Shown in pieces: positions 1 through 8,665 of a stretch of DNA of 64,000 bases. Source of the stretch: Terrimicrobiaceae bacterium (GTDB lineage: Bacteria; Verrucomicrobiota; Verrucomicrobiia; Chthoniobacterales; JAATET01); contig JAQTOP010000010.1 of NCBI GenBank assembly GCA_028713285.1, positions 207 to 64,206 of the forward strand. The letters are read 5' to 3'. Positions within the stretch are counted from its first letter, which is position 1. Each line of letters opens with the position of its first letter. A program made the position numbers and the translations under genes. Below the pieces are notes generated by a model. The model was not told the DNA's origin. It did no database searches and was given only the letters and a program-made list of their open reading frames with translations.

Positions 1-1972
1 CATCGTAGAGCCGAAAGGCGAACGCGCCGGAGATCCGGGGAGCGCGGGCATCCTGCCCGCCGTTCCCGGCATCCTGCCGGGAACCCTCCTCAAGGCCGCC
101 CCCATCCCCACCGCGCCACCAAATCCAGTCGTAGCTCTCCGCGTCCCCCGCGATCCCGCTGCGCCACGGATTCGACAGCACATAGTGGAACTTCTCCTCG
201 ACATCCGCGTCGGATCGCATGAGCCGATCGTGGTATTCCGCCTCCCACACCTGCGCTCGCGGTGTGCTCTCGATCTCGTTGATTCGATTCGCCGAAAACG
301 ACTTCACCGAATGGAAAATCTCGCTCAGCCCATGGAAGATCGGGTCACCCTCCGCTTCCCCGGATTTAATCATCGGTTGGAGAATCACGTGAACGTGGTC
401 GGGCATCACGCAGAGGGCATAGAGTTCGTAGCGCGAGCCGTCGAAGTAGCGAAACGCGCTGAGCACCGCCTCCCGCGCCGCCGCGCTCAACACCCGGTGA
501 TTCCGCGTGGAAAAAGTCACGTGATAGATTCCGTGCGGGCGCTCGTAGTGAGGAAGGCGGCGCTTCCAGTAGCGAATACCGGGGGCTGGCGGCGGCTGGA
601 AGCCGCCTGTTGCGGGCTGGAAGCCCGCGCTCCCCAACAGAATTGCCGCCTCGCGCTCGAAGAGCTCAATCCCCCGATCCAGCGTCTTGTTGAACGCCTC
701 CTCCTCGCGTTTGAGCGCCTCCTCGACATGCGCCTGCCGTGCGCGGATTTCGGGAAACACATCGCCCATCGTGCGGGCGAGGACGGCTGTGAGTTTGTAG
801 AAAAACGGTTCGTGCAGGCCGAGCGTGCGGCCATAGCGGACGGCGCGACGCAGGATGCGGCGCAGGACGTAGTTGCGGTCGGTGTTGCCGGGCTGAATGC
901 CGTCGGCTATCGCGAAGCTCAATGTGCGGATATGGTCGGCGATTACGCGAAACGCGACGTCGATTTTCTCCTGCTCGCTGTGGCCCGTGCTGCCCGAGGC
1001 CGGGAGCGTGGAGGCGTATTTTTTGCCGCTGAGTTTTTCGATCTCGTCGAAGATCGGGCGGAAGATGTCCGTCTCGTAGTTCGAGATTTTCGCGCCCGCA
1101 AAGTCGGTGAAGCCTTTTGTGCCCTGGAGGATCGAGGCCACGCGTTCAAAGCCCATGCCGGTATCCACGTGCCGCGCGGGCAGCGGGACAAGCTCGATGG
1201 GGAGCGCGGCCATCCTGGCCGTGGAAGCCGGCATCCTGCCGGCTGCGTCCTCGGCGCGAGCAGGATGCTCGCTCGTGCGGGCTGGAAGCCCGCGCTCCCC
1301 GGGCTGCGCGTTGAACTGGATGAAAACGAGATTCCATATCTCGATGCACTCGGCGGTGCCCTTGTTGACGAGCGCGCCCCGCGTGTCGCCCGACGGCGTG
1401 AGATCGACGTGCAACTCGGAGCACGGACCGCACGGACCCGTGTCGCCCATCATCCAGAAATTGTCCTTCTTGTTGCCGTTGACGATGTGGACCGCCGGGT
1501 CGAGTCCGGCGCTGCGGAATTTCCCGGCCCAATGGCTCCACGCCTCCTCGTCACGCTCGGCCGGGTCGCCTTCGTCGGGTTGATAAACCGTGGCGTAGAG
1601 CCGCTGCGGCGGGAACTTCCACCGCTCGACGACCAGCTCCCACGCCCATTCGATGGCCTCCTTTTTGAAATAATCGCCGAAGCTCCAGTTCCCGAGCATC
1701 TCGAAGAACGTGTGGTGGTAGGTGTCGAGGCCGACGTCGTCGAGGTCGTTGTGCTTGCCGCCCGCGCGGATGCACTTCTGCGTGTCCGCCGCGCGGCCCG
1801 GCGTGTAAGGGCACGCGATCTCGCCCAGAAAAATCGGCACAAACTGGTTCATGCCCGCATTCGTAAACAGAAGATTCGGCGAGTCGGGCAGCAGCGAACT
1901 CGACGGCACAATCGTGTGCTGCTTCTCCCGAAAAAACTCGAGGAAGGACGTGCGAATCTCTGCGCTGGTCAT
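1..1972 (-). CDS. alaS: Alanine--tRNA ligase (AlaRS), first ~657 codons. The ORF is open from ATG at 1972 to the window edge at 1, and the 3' part lies outside the window.
   Basis: Manual minus-strand translation from ATG 1972 gives [165 protein letters not shown]. The last residues at the window edge (..[11 protein letters not shown]) match the conserved AlaRS F-x-LYDTYGFP block. There is no stop in this frame anywhere in 1..1972. The ORF is not in the supplied track because it has no stop inside the window. It is interrupted in-frame by the elements at 37..635 and 1199..1300. Confidence 0.9.
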   Translation of the reverse strand, partial: MTSAEIRTSFLEFFREKQHTIVPSSSLLPDSPNLLFTNAGMNQFVPIFLGEIACPYTPGRAADTQKCIRAGGKHNDLDDVGLDTYHHTFFEMLGNWSFGDYFKKEAIEWAWELVVERWKFPPQRLYATVYQPDEGDPAERDEEAWSHWAGKFRSAGLDPAVHIVNGNKKDNFWMMGDTGPCGPCSELHVDLTPSGDTRGALVNKGTAECIEIWNLVFIQFNAQPGERGLPARTSEHPARAEDAAGRMPASTARMAALPIELVPLPARHVDTGMGFERVASILQGTKGFTDFAGAKISNYETDIFRPIFDEIEKLSGKKYASTLPASGSTGHSEQEKIDVAFRVIADHIRTLSFAIADGIQPGNTDRNYVLRRILRRAVRYGRTLGLHEPFFYKLTAVLARTMGDVFPEIRARQAHVEEALKREEEAFNKTLDRGIELFEREAAILLGSAGFQPATGGFQPPPAPGIRYWKRRLPHYERPHGIYHVTFSTRNHRVLSAAAREAVLSAFRYFDGSRYELYALCVMPDHVHVILQPMIKSGEAEGDPIFHGLSEIFHSVKSFSANRINEIESTPRAQVWEAEYHDRLMRSDADVEEKFHYVLSNPWRSGIAGDAESYDWIWWRGGDGGGLEEGSRQDAGNGGQDARAPRISGAFAFRLYD
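37..81. repeat. REP hairpin pair (loop TCC orientation) flanking the RAYT core
   Basis: There are two hairpins with perfect 7-bp GC stems and 3-nt loops: gcgggca-tcc-tgcccgc at 44-60 and cccggca-tcc-tgccggg at 65-81. They are preceded by the terminal motif ggggagcgcgggc (37-49). Confidence 0.8.
591..635. repeat. REP hairpin pair (loop GGA, inverted relative to 37-81) flanking the other side of the RAYT core
   Basis: The hairpins are ggcggct-gga-agccgcc at 591-607 and gcgggct-gga-agcccgc at 612-628, followed by the terminal motif ..gcccgcgctcccc ending at 635. The 24-mer gcgggctggaagcccgcgctcccc recurs exactly at 1277-1300. Confidence 0.8.
1199..1300. repeat. 102-nt REP doublet-of-doublets (REPIN/MITE-like) element inserted in-frame in the alaS catalytic-domain region
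   Basis: Four hairpins with 6-7 bp stems and 3-nt loops are present: 1207-1221 and 1227-1243 (loop TCC), then 1256-1272 and 1277-1293 (loop GGA). The element is bounded by inverted termini, ggggagcgcgg at 1199-1209 and ccgcgctcccc at 1290-1300. It is 102 nt (34 codons) long and is read as [34 protein letters not shown]. It sits between the AlaRS blocks [14 protein letters not shown] and [16 protein letters not shown], where canonical AlaRS has only a short linker. Confidence 0.75.
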
Positions 1973-2072
1973 GGCGAAACTGGAAAGAGTGACGCCGGGG
2001 CAGGCGGAGTCAAGTCCGCCGCCTCGCAATCCTGCGTTGCCACGGCCCTGTCGATTTGTTGCGGTGTGCGGA

Positions 2073-3326
2073 ATGCGACCCCTTCCCGGCTTTCGTGATT
2101 TTTACCCCGAGGATTGCGCGCGCCGCGGCTACCTGCTCGACGGCTGGCGCGCGGTCGCATGCCGCCATGGCTTCGTCGAAGTGGACGGACCCGTGCTCGA
2201 ATCGATGGACCTCTACGCGAAGAAGAACGAAAGCGGAGCCGAGATTCTCGGCCAGCTCTATCAATTCACCGACCGCGGCGAACGCGAGGTCGCGCTGCGT
2301 CCGGAAATGACGCCCACCCTCGCCCGCATGGTCATCGCGAAGGAACGCGACTACCGCAAGCCGCTCAAGTGGTTCAGCATCGCGAATTTTTTTCGCTACG
2401 AGCGCCAGCAAAAGGGCCGCCTGCGCGAGTTCATCCAATTCAATGCCGACCTCCTCGGCGACGCCTCGACGGCCGCGGACGCTGAGTTGATCAGCCTCGC
2501 CATTGGGGTGCTTCGGGAATTCGGATTCACGCGGGACGATTTTGTCATTCGGTTGAGCGACCGGCGGGCGTGGATGGATTTTCTCGCGGCGCGCGGCTGC
2601 GATGAGGGCGCCGCACGGGCTGTGCTCGCGATCATCGACAAGCTGGACCGCGAGCCCGAGGCATCGCTGGATGCGAAACTCGCGCCGCACGGCCTCACCG
2701 TCGCGGAGCTGCGGGCGTTCATCGCGGCGGCCAGTCCGGAGCATTTTGCGCCACTGCTCGACCAGTTCGAGGCGCGCGGTCTGCGCGAATTCGTCGAGGT
2801 CGATCTGTCGATCGTGCGCGGGCTGGCTTACTACACCGGGCTCGTCTTCGAGGCGTTCGACCGCGGCCAGTCGATGCGGGCGCTGGCCGGCGGAGGCCGC
2901 TACGACAATCTGCTCGCCGACCTGAGCGACGGCTCGGTGAACCTCCCCGCCATCGGCTTCGGCCTGGGCGACGTGGTGCTGGGCAATCTCATCGAAGAGA
3001 CGCCACGCGCCCGCGAGAAAATGGAACGCGCGCTTGGGGCCGCGCCGGCTGCGGAGATTTACGTCGTCATCGCCGGGGAGGCGCGCCGCCGCGAAGCGCT
3101 CGGCCTCGTCCAGTCGCTGCGCGACGCCGGCTGGCGCACGGATTTTCCGCTCGATGCGGCGAAGGTCGGCAGGCAATTCCAGACGGCCGACCAGCTCGGC
3201 GCGCGGTTTGCCGTCGTGGTCGGCAACGAATGGCCCGCGGTGAAAATCAAGACGCTCGCGACGCGCGCCGAGGATTCCGTCGCGCACGGCGCGCTTGCCG
3301 AGTGGCTGAAAACCGCCCACGTTTGA
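2073..3326 (+). CDS. hisS: Histidine--tRNA ligase
   Basis: In the frame of track ORF 1851..3326, ATG at 2073 gives the conserved N-terminus [14 protein letters not shown]. Other class II HisRS blocks are [35 protein letters not shown] and AGGGRYDNL. Confidence 0.93.
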   Translation: MRPLPGFRDFYPEDCARRGYLLDGWRAVACRHGFVEVDGPVLESMDLYAKKNESGAEILGQLYQFTDRGEREVALRPEMTPTLARMVIAKERDYRKPLKWFSIANFFRYERQQKGRLREFIQFNADLLGDASTAADAELISLAIGVLREFGFTRDDFVIRLSDRRAWMDFLAARGCDEGAARAVLAIIDKLDREPEASLDAKLAPHGLTVAELRAFIAAASPEHFAPLLDQFEARGLREFVEVDLSIVRGLAYYTGLVFEAFDRGQSMRALAGGGRYDNLLADLSDGSVNLPAIGFGLGDVVLGNLIEETPRAREKMERALGAAPAAEIYVVIAGEARRREALGLVQSLRDAGWRTDFPLDAAKVGRQFQTADQLGARFAVVVGNEWPAVKIKTLATRAEDSVAHGALAEWLKTAHV

Positions 3327-3335
3327 CGGTTCGTT

Positions 3336-5105
3336 ATGAAGTATCGTTCCTGCTCCTGCGGCGCGCTGCGCCCGTCCGACGCCGGCTCGGAGGCCACCCT
3401 CTGCGGCTGGGTGGATTCGCGCCGCGACCACGGCGGCGTCATTTTCATCGACCTGCGCGACCGCGAGGGCATCACGCAAATCGTCTTCCGTCCCGAGGAG
3501 CACCCCGCGGTCGCCGGGCAATCGCACGGTCTGCGCAGCGAGGACGTCATCACCGTCACCGGCGTCGTCGCCCCGCGCCTCGCGGGCACCGAAAACACGA
3601 AGCTCGCGACGGGCGGCGTCGAAGTCGTCGCCACGGCGCTGACCGTCCTGAACAAGGCGGAGGTGCTGCCATTCCCGATCGACTCGAAGGTGTCCAACGA
3701 GGACCTTCGCCTGGAATACCGCTACCTCGATCTGCGCCGTCCCGAGATGGCCGCGAACCTCCGCCTGCGCCACCGTGTGATCAAGACGATCCGCGACGTG
3801 ATGGATGGCGAGGGATTTCTGGAGATCGAAACACCCATTTTGTCGAAGAGCACGCCCGAGGGCGCGCGCGACTTTCTCGTGCCCTCCCGGCTCACGCCCG
3901 GCGCATTCTACGCGCTGCCGCAGGCTCCCCAGCAATACAAGCAGCTCCTCATGGTCGCCGGCGTGGAGAAGTATTTCCAGATCGCCCGCTGCTTCCGCGA
4001 CGAGGATTTGCGCGCCGACCGCCAGCCCGAGTTCACGCAGCTCGACGTCGAGGCGTCGTTCACGAGCGAGGAGGAAATTTTTGGGCTCATCGAGCGCCTG
4101 CTTGCGACCGTGTTCAAAGTGGCGCGCGGCGTCGAGCTCGCGCCGCCCTTCCCGCGCCTGACGTGGCTCGCCGCAATGAACCGCTACGGCAGCGACAAGC
4201 CCGACACGCGGTTCGGAGTGGAGATCAACGACCTCGCCGACGTTTTCGCGACGACGGAGTTCAAGGTCTTTCGCGGCGCGCTTGACACGGGCGGCGTCGT
4301 GAAGGCGATCAACGCGAAGGGATTCGCCGGCATCACGACAGGGCAGATCAACGAACTCACGCAGGTCGCGCAGCAATACGGCGCGAAGGGCCTCGCCTTC
4401 ATCAAGGTCGAGGGCGGCGAGTGGAAGTCGCCCATCGTGAAATTCTTCACCGACGACGAGAAGGCCGCACTCACCGAGCGCCTCGGCATCGAGGAAGGCG
4501 ACCTGATCCTCTTCGGCGGGGACAAATGGGATGTCGTCTGCGAAGTGCTCGGCCGCGTGCGCCTGCGCGTGGCGGAGATGCAGCGGCTCGTCGCGGACCC
4601 GCGGCAATTGAACTTCCTCTGGGTCACCGAATTCCCGCTGCTCGCCTGGAGCGCCGAGGAGAACAAATGGAACGCGGTGCATCATCCGTTCACGCGGCCG
4701 CTGGCGACGGACCTGGAGAAGCTCGAGTCCGGCGACCTCCACCATGTGCGCGCAGTGGCCTACGATGTCGTGCTCAACGGCGTGGAAGTCGGCGGCGGCA
4801 GCCTGCGAATCCACGAGGCCGACCTGCAGGCGAAAATGTTTTCGATTCTGGGTGTCACCGAAGAGCAACAGAAAACGCTCTTCGGCCATCTATTGAAGGC
4901 CTTCCGCTTCGGCGCGCCACCGCACGGAGGGATCGCGCTGGGCCTGGACCGTCTCGTGATGCTCATTGCCGGCGCAGACTCGATCCGCGATGTGATTGCG
5001 TTTCCGAAAAACAACCGCGGGCAGGAGCTTCTGACCAGTTCGCCGTCCACGGTCGATCCACGCCAGCTTCGCGAGCTGTCGATGCAATCGACGAAGAAGC
5101 CCTGA
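3336..5105 (+). CDS. aspS: Aspartate--tRNA ligase (possibly non-discriminating)
   Basis: The 589-aa ORF has an OB-fold N-terminus (LCGWVDSRRDHGGVIFIDLRDREG). It also carries FYALPQAPQQYKQLLM, QIARCFRDEDLRADRQPEFTQLD, GGGSLRIH and PPHGGIALGLDRLVM. Confidence 0.95.
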   Translation: MKYRSCSCGALRPSDAGSEATLCGWVDSRRDHGGVIFIDLRDREGITQIVFRPEEHPAVAGQSHGLRSEDVITVTGVVAPRLAGTENTKLATGGVEVVATALTVLNKAEVLPFPIDSKVSNEDLRLEYRYLDLRRPEMAANLRLRHRVIKTIRDVMDGEGFLEIETPILSKSTPEGARDFLVPSRLTPGAFYALPQAPQQYKQLLMVAGVEKYFQIARCFRDEDLRADRQPEFTQLDVEASFTSEEEIFGLIERLLATVFKVARGVELAPPFPRLTWLAAMNRYGSDKPDTRFGVEINDLADVFATTEFKVFRGALDTGGVVKAINAKGFAGITTGQINELTQVAQQYGAKGLAFIKVEGGEWKSPIVKFFTDDEKAALTERLGIEEGDLILFGGDKWDVVCEVLGRVRLRVAEMQRLVADPRQLNFLWVTEFPLLAWSAEENKWNAVHHPFTRPLATDLEKLESGDLHHVRAVAYDVVLNGVEVGGGSLRIHEADLQAKMFSILGVTEEQQKTLFGHLLKAFRFGAPPHGGIALGLDRLVMLIAGADSIRDVIAFPKNNRGQELLTSSPSTVDPRQLRELSMQSTKKP

Positions 5106-5109
5106 CACG

Positions 5110-5484
5110 ATGAAGTTGCGCGAACTCCCCGGGCTTACCGCAGAGGTCACCCAGGTGGTTCATGCGGCAGACCTCGACGGCCCGCCGGACAAGCCGCATG
5201 TCTTCGTCTATTTCATCACCATCGCGAACGCCTCCGACGTGTCGGTCACAATCAAGGGCCGGAAATGGGTCGTGCGCGAAGCCAATGGAGAAACGCTCGT
5301 GGTCGAGGGCGATGGCGTGGTCGGTGAGTTTCCCCATCTCGAACCCGGGGAGCAATTTCACTACAACAGCTCGCACGCCATCGCGACGGATGCGGTCGCC
5401 GAGGGCGCCTACCTGGGCGTGAGCGACGCGGGCGAGGCCGTCTTCACCCGCATTCCGCCCTTCGAGATGCGCGTGCCGCGTTGA
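5110..5484 (+). CDS. apaG: ApaG (DUF525) protein
   Basis: The 124-aa ORF starts 4 nt after aspS. The segment HVFVYFITIANASDVSVTIKGRKWVV..GDGVVGEFPHLEPGEQFHYNS is typical of ApaG. Confidence 0.85.
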   Translation: MKLRELPGLTAEVTQVVHAADLDGPPDKPHVFVYFITIANASDVSVTIKGRKWVVREANGETLVVEGDGVVGEFPHLEPGEQFHYNSSHAIATDAVAEGAYLGVSDAGEAVFTRIPPFEMRVPR

Positions 5485-5489
5485 CCGGA

Positions 5490-6242
5490 CTACTTCGCGA
5501 ATTGGGCAAAAATCTGGTCGGCCTCCGCGAGCGATTCCGGGCCGCCGATGTCGAACCAGATTCCCGGCACCCGCCACGTCCGCACCTCCGTCCGGTGGTG
5601 GAGCCACTCGATGAGGCGGCCCGGCTGGTCGGGATTGTTGCCCTCGGCGATATACTGGTCGATGAACGGCAGCGTGTCGCGCCGGTAGTAATAGAGCGCA
5701 ATTGCGGAGAGCGTGCTCTCGGGCTCCGGCGATTTTTCGACGAATTTCGTGATGCGTCCGCGCGGGTCCACGGAGATCGAGTTGTATTTCTTCGCAAGCT
5801 CCAGATCGCCCACGTCATAGACCGCGACCGTGGCGGGCGCATCCTTCCCGGCTGCGGCGAAACCCTCGACAGACTCGCTAAAAAGGTTGTCGCCGGCCAC
5901 GACGATGAGGTCGTTCGCATACAGGTGCTCGCGGTGAATCGCGAAATGAATGTCGCCGATAGCGCCCTTCTTGTCGTCGTCGCCGGTCGAGCCGTCGTTG
6001 ATGATCTTGAACGCAAATCGCGAACTGCGTCGGCTGTATGCGTCGGCCCAGGCGCGAAAATCGTTGGCGAATTTGTTGTTCGTCACGACGTGGATCGCGT
6101 CGAGATCGGGAATGGGCGCCAGGCCGTCGAGCACCCACTCGATCATCGGCTTGCCCGCGACTTCGAGCAGGGGCTTGGCTTTGGCGAGCGTGAGGGGATA
6201 CAGCCGCGTGGCGTAGCCGGCGGCGAGAATGAGGGCGTTCAT
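5490..6242 (-). CDS. Sugar-phosphate nucleotidyltransferase (NTP_transferase family)
   Basis: An internal ATG at 6242 of track ORF 5490..6479 gives MNALILAAGYATRLYPLTLAKAKPLLEV, the G-x-G-T-R-L type signature of glucose-1-P nucleotidyltransferases. The upstream extension in the track is R/S-rich and implausible. Confidence 0.85.
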   Translation of the reverse strand: MNALILAAGYATRLYPLTLAKAKPLLEVAGKPMIEWVLDGLAPIPDLDAIHVVTNNKFANDFRAWADAYSRRSSRFAFKIINDGSTGDDDKKGAIGDIHFAIHREHLYANDLIVVAGDNLFSESVEGFAAAGKDAPATVAVYDVGDLELAKKYNSISVDPRGRITKFVEKSPEPESTLSAIALYYYRRDTLPFIDQYIAEGNNPDQPGRLIEWLHHRTEVRTWRVPGIWFDIGGPESLAEADQIFAQFAK

Positions 6243-6306
6243 GCGGCGGGGAGAATCGCCGAAACATCCCGCCCGCGGCAAGCGGATCGTTCGACGTCCG
6301 GTGCCC

Positions 6307-7209
6307 TCACAGACCGACCGGCACGAATTGATACCATTGGCGCGGTTCGCGGATGATTTCCTCAAAGAGCGATGCGGCGATTGCCCGTGTCGCGGCTTCG
6401 ACCCCCGCCTCACGCCCTCCCGCGAAGGCCCTCGGCCACACGCAGGGCTTCGTGACGATGCGGTATCCGCCATCCGCACGGCGCACGATGACGACGGGAA
6501 TCACCGGGCAATCGGCCATGTAAGCGAGCAGCGCGGGAGCGGCGGCGAAAGCCAGCCGGCCGCGCGGCAGATCGATCGTCACGGTCGGTCCGCCCATCGG
6601 ACGATCCGCCAGCATCGCCGCGAAGCCGCCCGCGTTGAGCGCTTCGACCACCCGCAGGGACGAGAATGCGTCCGGTCCCACTTCGATCGTTTCCGCGCCC
6701 CAGCGCCGCCGGAATTGCGCCCGCCAATCGGTGAGCGCTCGCGTTGGTTCGGAGAGCGTCACCACGGTGACCGGGTATCCCATCCGGCCCAGCAGCAGCG
6801 CACCGAACTCGAAAAATCCGTAGTGCCCCGTGGCGAGGATCGCGCCCTTGCCATGACGCCGCGCCGCCTCCAGGTGCTCGACGCCGAGCGACTCCACGCA
6901 CAGCGCCGCCGCGGCGGCGGGCTCCATGTTGCGCAGAAGCACGTAGTCGGCAATCGTCGCGCCGTAGTTCGTAAATACGGCAACGGCGTCGCGACGTCGC
7001 GCCGGCCGGGCGGTGAGGAGCGCGAGATTCCGCCGCACCGTTTCGCGCACGCCATGCTGGGTCACCGCGTAGGCCCACGCGACCGAGCGCGCGACGAAGC
7101 TGCAAAAACCGCGCCCAAAGAAACGCGACAGCCGCGACGTGGATTCGAAGACGGCGGGCGTGTAGAGCAGCTTGAAGAACGTGCGCTCGTTATGGGGCTT
7201 GGGCGGCAT
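6307..7209 (-). CDS. Lysophospholipid/lipid A-type acyltransferase (LpxL/HtrB, PatA-like family)
   Basis: The ATG at 7209 avoids overlap with the upstream gene. The sequence ..RRNLALL..NYGATIADYVLL..GKGAILATGHYGFFEFG..TLSEPT..R..FGAETIEV resembles the lauroyl/myristoyl acyltransferase family layout. The family call is from pattern memory, not a search. Confidence 0.7.
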   Translation of the reverse strand: MPPKPHNERTFFKLLYTPAVFESTSRLSRFFGRGFCSFVARSVAWAYAVTQHGVRETVRRNLALLTARPARRRDAVAVFTNYGATIADYVLLRNMEPAAAAALCVESLGVEHLEAARRHGKGAILATGHYGFFEFGALLLGRMGYPVTVVTLSEPTRALTDWRAQFRRRWGAETIEVGPDAFSSLRVVEALNAGGFAAMLADRPMGGPTVTIDLPRGRLAFAAAPALLAYMADCPVIPVVIVRRADGGYRIVTKPCVWPRAFAGGREAGVEAATRAIAASLFEEIIREPRQWYQFVPVGL

Positions 7210-7214
7210 TCCTT

Positions 7215-7907
7215 TCACCGAAGCGCCGGCGCGGCCGGAATTACACACCGATAGCCATCGTCGCTCAAGCGAGTGAGCAGCCGGGCGAGGGTTTCGATTC
7301 TTCCGGGCGCGCCGCCCTCGTGCAGCACGAGGATCGCCCCCGGCGTGACGCCGCGCATCAACCGCTCGACGACGATTTCCCCGCGATCACCGAGTCCATC
7401 CAATCCGCTCACGCTCCAGCCGACGAGCCGCTGGTCGCCCAGTGCGGGATGCACGTGCGGATTCGTCATCCCGACCGGGGAACGGAACAGCGCCGGAATG
7501 CGGCCCGTCGCGACGAGAATCGCGTCGCTCCCCCGCTCGATTTCCCGCCGCGTCGCGCGCGATCCAAGCGACCAAAAGCGCGCCGACGGGTGCGAATACG
7601 TGTGATTGCCGATCTCGTGCCCCTCGCAATGGACGCGCCATGTGAGATCGCGATGGGCCTCCACCTTGCGTCCGATCATGAAAAATGTCGCTTTTGCCGA
7701 ATGGCCCGCCAGCAGATCGAGCAGCGAGGGCGTATCGCGCGCATCAGGTCCGTCGTCAATGGTGAGCCAGATCTCGCGGCGCGGCGTCTCGAAGCGGGTG
7801 GCGACCGGACCGAACCAATCGCAATTCCTTCGCAGTGTCGGATAAAGCACCAGCCCGTGCGCGAGCGCTCCAACCCCCAGGCTCGAAAAAACAGCCGCCC
7901 GCTTCAC
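7215..7907 (-). CDS. Polysaccharide deacetylase (NodB-homology / CE4 domain)
   Basis: The ORF starts at a GTG that overlaps the upstream stop (GTGA). CE4 motifs present are LTIDDGPD, ATFFMIG, GHEIGNHTYSHP and LFRSPVG. Confidence 0.88.
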   Translation of the reverse strand: MKRAAVFSSLGVGALAHGLVLYPTLRRNCDWFGPVATRFETPRREIWLTIDDGPDARDTPSLLDLLAGHSAKATFFMIGRKVEAHRDLTWRVHCEGHEIGNHTYSHPSARFWSLGSRATRREIERGSDAILVATGRIPALFRSPVGMTNPHVHPALGDQRLVGWSVSGLDGLGDRGEIVVERLMRGVTPGAILVLHEGGAPGRIETLARLLTRLSDDGYRCVIPAAPALR

Positions 7908-8665
7908 GGCCGCCTCCTCCGCATCGCCAGCAGACGGGGCAGGCGCGCAAGCATTCCGAAAAACAGCCGCGTGTGCGCGGCGACGAGAAGCAGATTATCC
8001 CGCACATAATGAAAGTGCGTCACGCCGCCCGCGTCGCGGGACGGATAGCAAACGGGAACGGGAATGTTGATCGGACGCACGCCCCGCCAGTAGAGCCGCA
8101 CAGCCAGTTCGGTGTCGAAGTCGAATCGCCGCGCCGTGCGAATCGAGTCAAGAATTTCAATCGACTCGCGAACCGGATACACGCGAAAGCCGAACAACGA
8201 ATCGTCGATCCCGCCCCACAGCGTCGCGAGATTCGCCCACCAATTCCCCACCCTCCGGCCCTTCACCCGCTCGGGAGGCGCATCGTCGCCAAAAATCGGC
8301 ACGCCCAGAATCATCGCGTCGGGCTCCCGCTTCGAACGCGCTAAAAATGGCGCGATCGCATCGACGGCGTGCTGCCCGTCGGCATCCATCACGAGCGCGT
8401 GCGTGAATCCCTCCGCGCCCGCAGCCCGCAGCCCGGCAAGCACCGCGCCGCCCTTGCCCGAGTTCTCCACCAGCACGATGCGGCGCACGAACGGATTGCA
8501 CGCGAGCAGCGGATCGAGCAATCGCGCGCTGGCGTCCGTGCTGGCGTCGATCACGATCCACACGGGCAGCCAGCGCGCGGCGACTTCGGAGGCCACGCGG
8601 GCGAGCATTTTCCCGCTGTTGTAACTGGGCAGCAGGACGAGGTGGGTGGCGCTCGGATCGGGCAT
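7904..8665 (-). CDS. Family 2 glycosyltransferase (short, DPM1/ArnC-like, no obvious C-terminal TM helices)
   Basis: GT-A signature blocks are LVLLPSYNSGKML.., VIDASTDAS, ENSGKGGAVLAGL, LVMDADGQH and FGFRVYP. The ATG at 8665 shares one base with the upstream stop (TGATG). An alternative GTG lies at 8668. Confidence 0.88.
   Translation of the reverse strand: MPDPSATHLVLLPSYNSGKMLARVASEVAARWLPVWIVIDASTDASARLLDPLLACNPFVRRIVLVENSGKGGAVLAGLRAAGAEGFTHALVMDADGQHAVDAIAPFLARSKREPDAMILGVPIFGDDAPPERVKGRRVGNWWANLATLWGGIDDSLFGFRVYPVRESIEILDSIRTARRFDFDTELAVRLYWRGVRPINIPVPVCYPSRDAGGVTHFHYVRDNLLLVAAHTRLFFGMLARLPRLLAMRRRRP

Larger units (their letters stand above)
37..635 (-). mobile_element. REP-RAYT-REP unit (IS200/IS605-like Y1 HUH transposase core of the REP-associated tyrosine transposase type, flanked by REP hairpins) nested in-frame within alaS
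   Basis: Between AlaRS blocks ..[10 protein letters not shown] and [12 protein letters not shown], the same frame encodes [172 protein letters not shown]... This carries an HUH motif (H-V-H in PDHVHVIL) and the Y-x-x-x-NP tyrosine motif (HYVLSNP) characteristic of Y1 transposases/RAYTs. The outermost 13 nt are perfect inverted repeats: GGGGAGCGCGGGC at 37-49 and GCCCGCGCTCCCC at 623-635. Inside the insert, no ATG precedes the catalytic core and no stop follows it. Boundaries are uncertain by a few nt. Confidence 0.75.

Noticed and set aside
37-635. Could the alaS insertion be an intein?
   Set aside because: The insert does begin with Ser (SAGF..). However, it lacks the C-terminal His-Asn followed by Cys/Ser/Thr (the junction is ..DARAP|RISG) and has no Hint or homing-endonuclease blocks. 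Its core instead carries HUH and Y-x-x-x-NP transposase motifs and is flanked by nucleotide-level inverted repeats.
185-2098. 637-aa plus-strand ORF, the longest ORF the track offers for the first 2 kb
   Set aside because: It is antisense to the clearly conserved alaS frame. Its translation is R/A/V/L-rich with no recognisable motif, a typical stop-poor shadow ORF of GC-rich DNA.
2010-4889. 959-aa minus-strand ORF
   Set aside because: It is antisense to hisS and aspS, which both have unmistakable synthetase motifs. The translation is low-complexity with no family signature.
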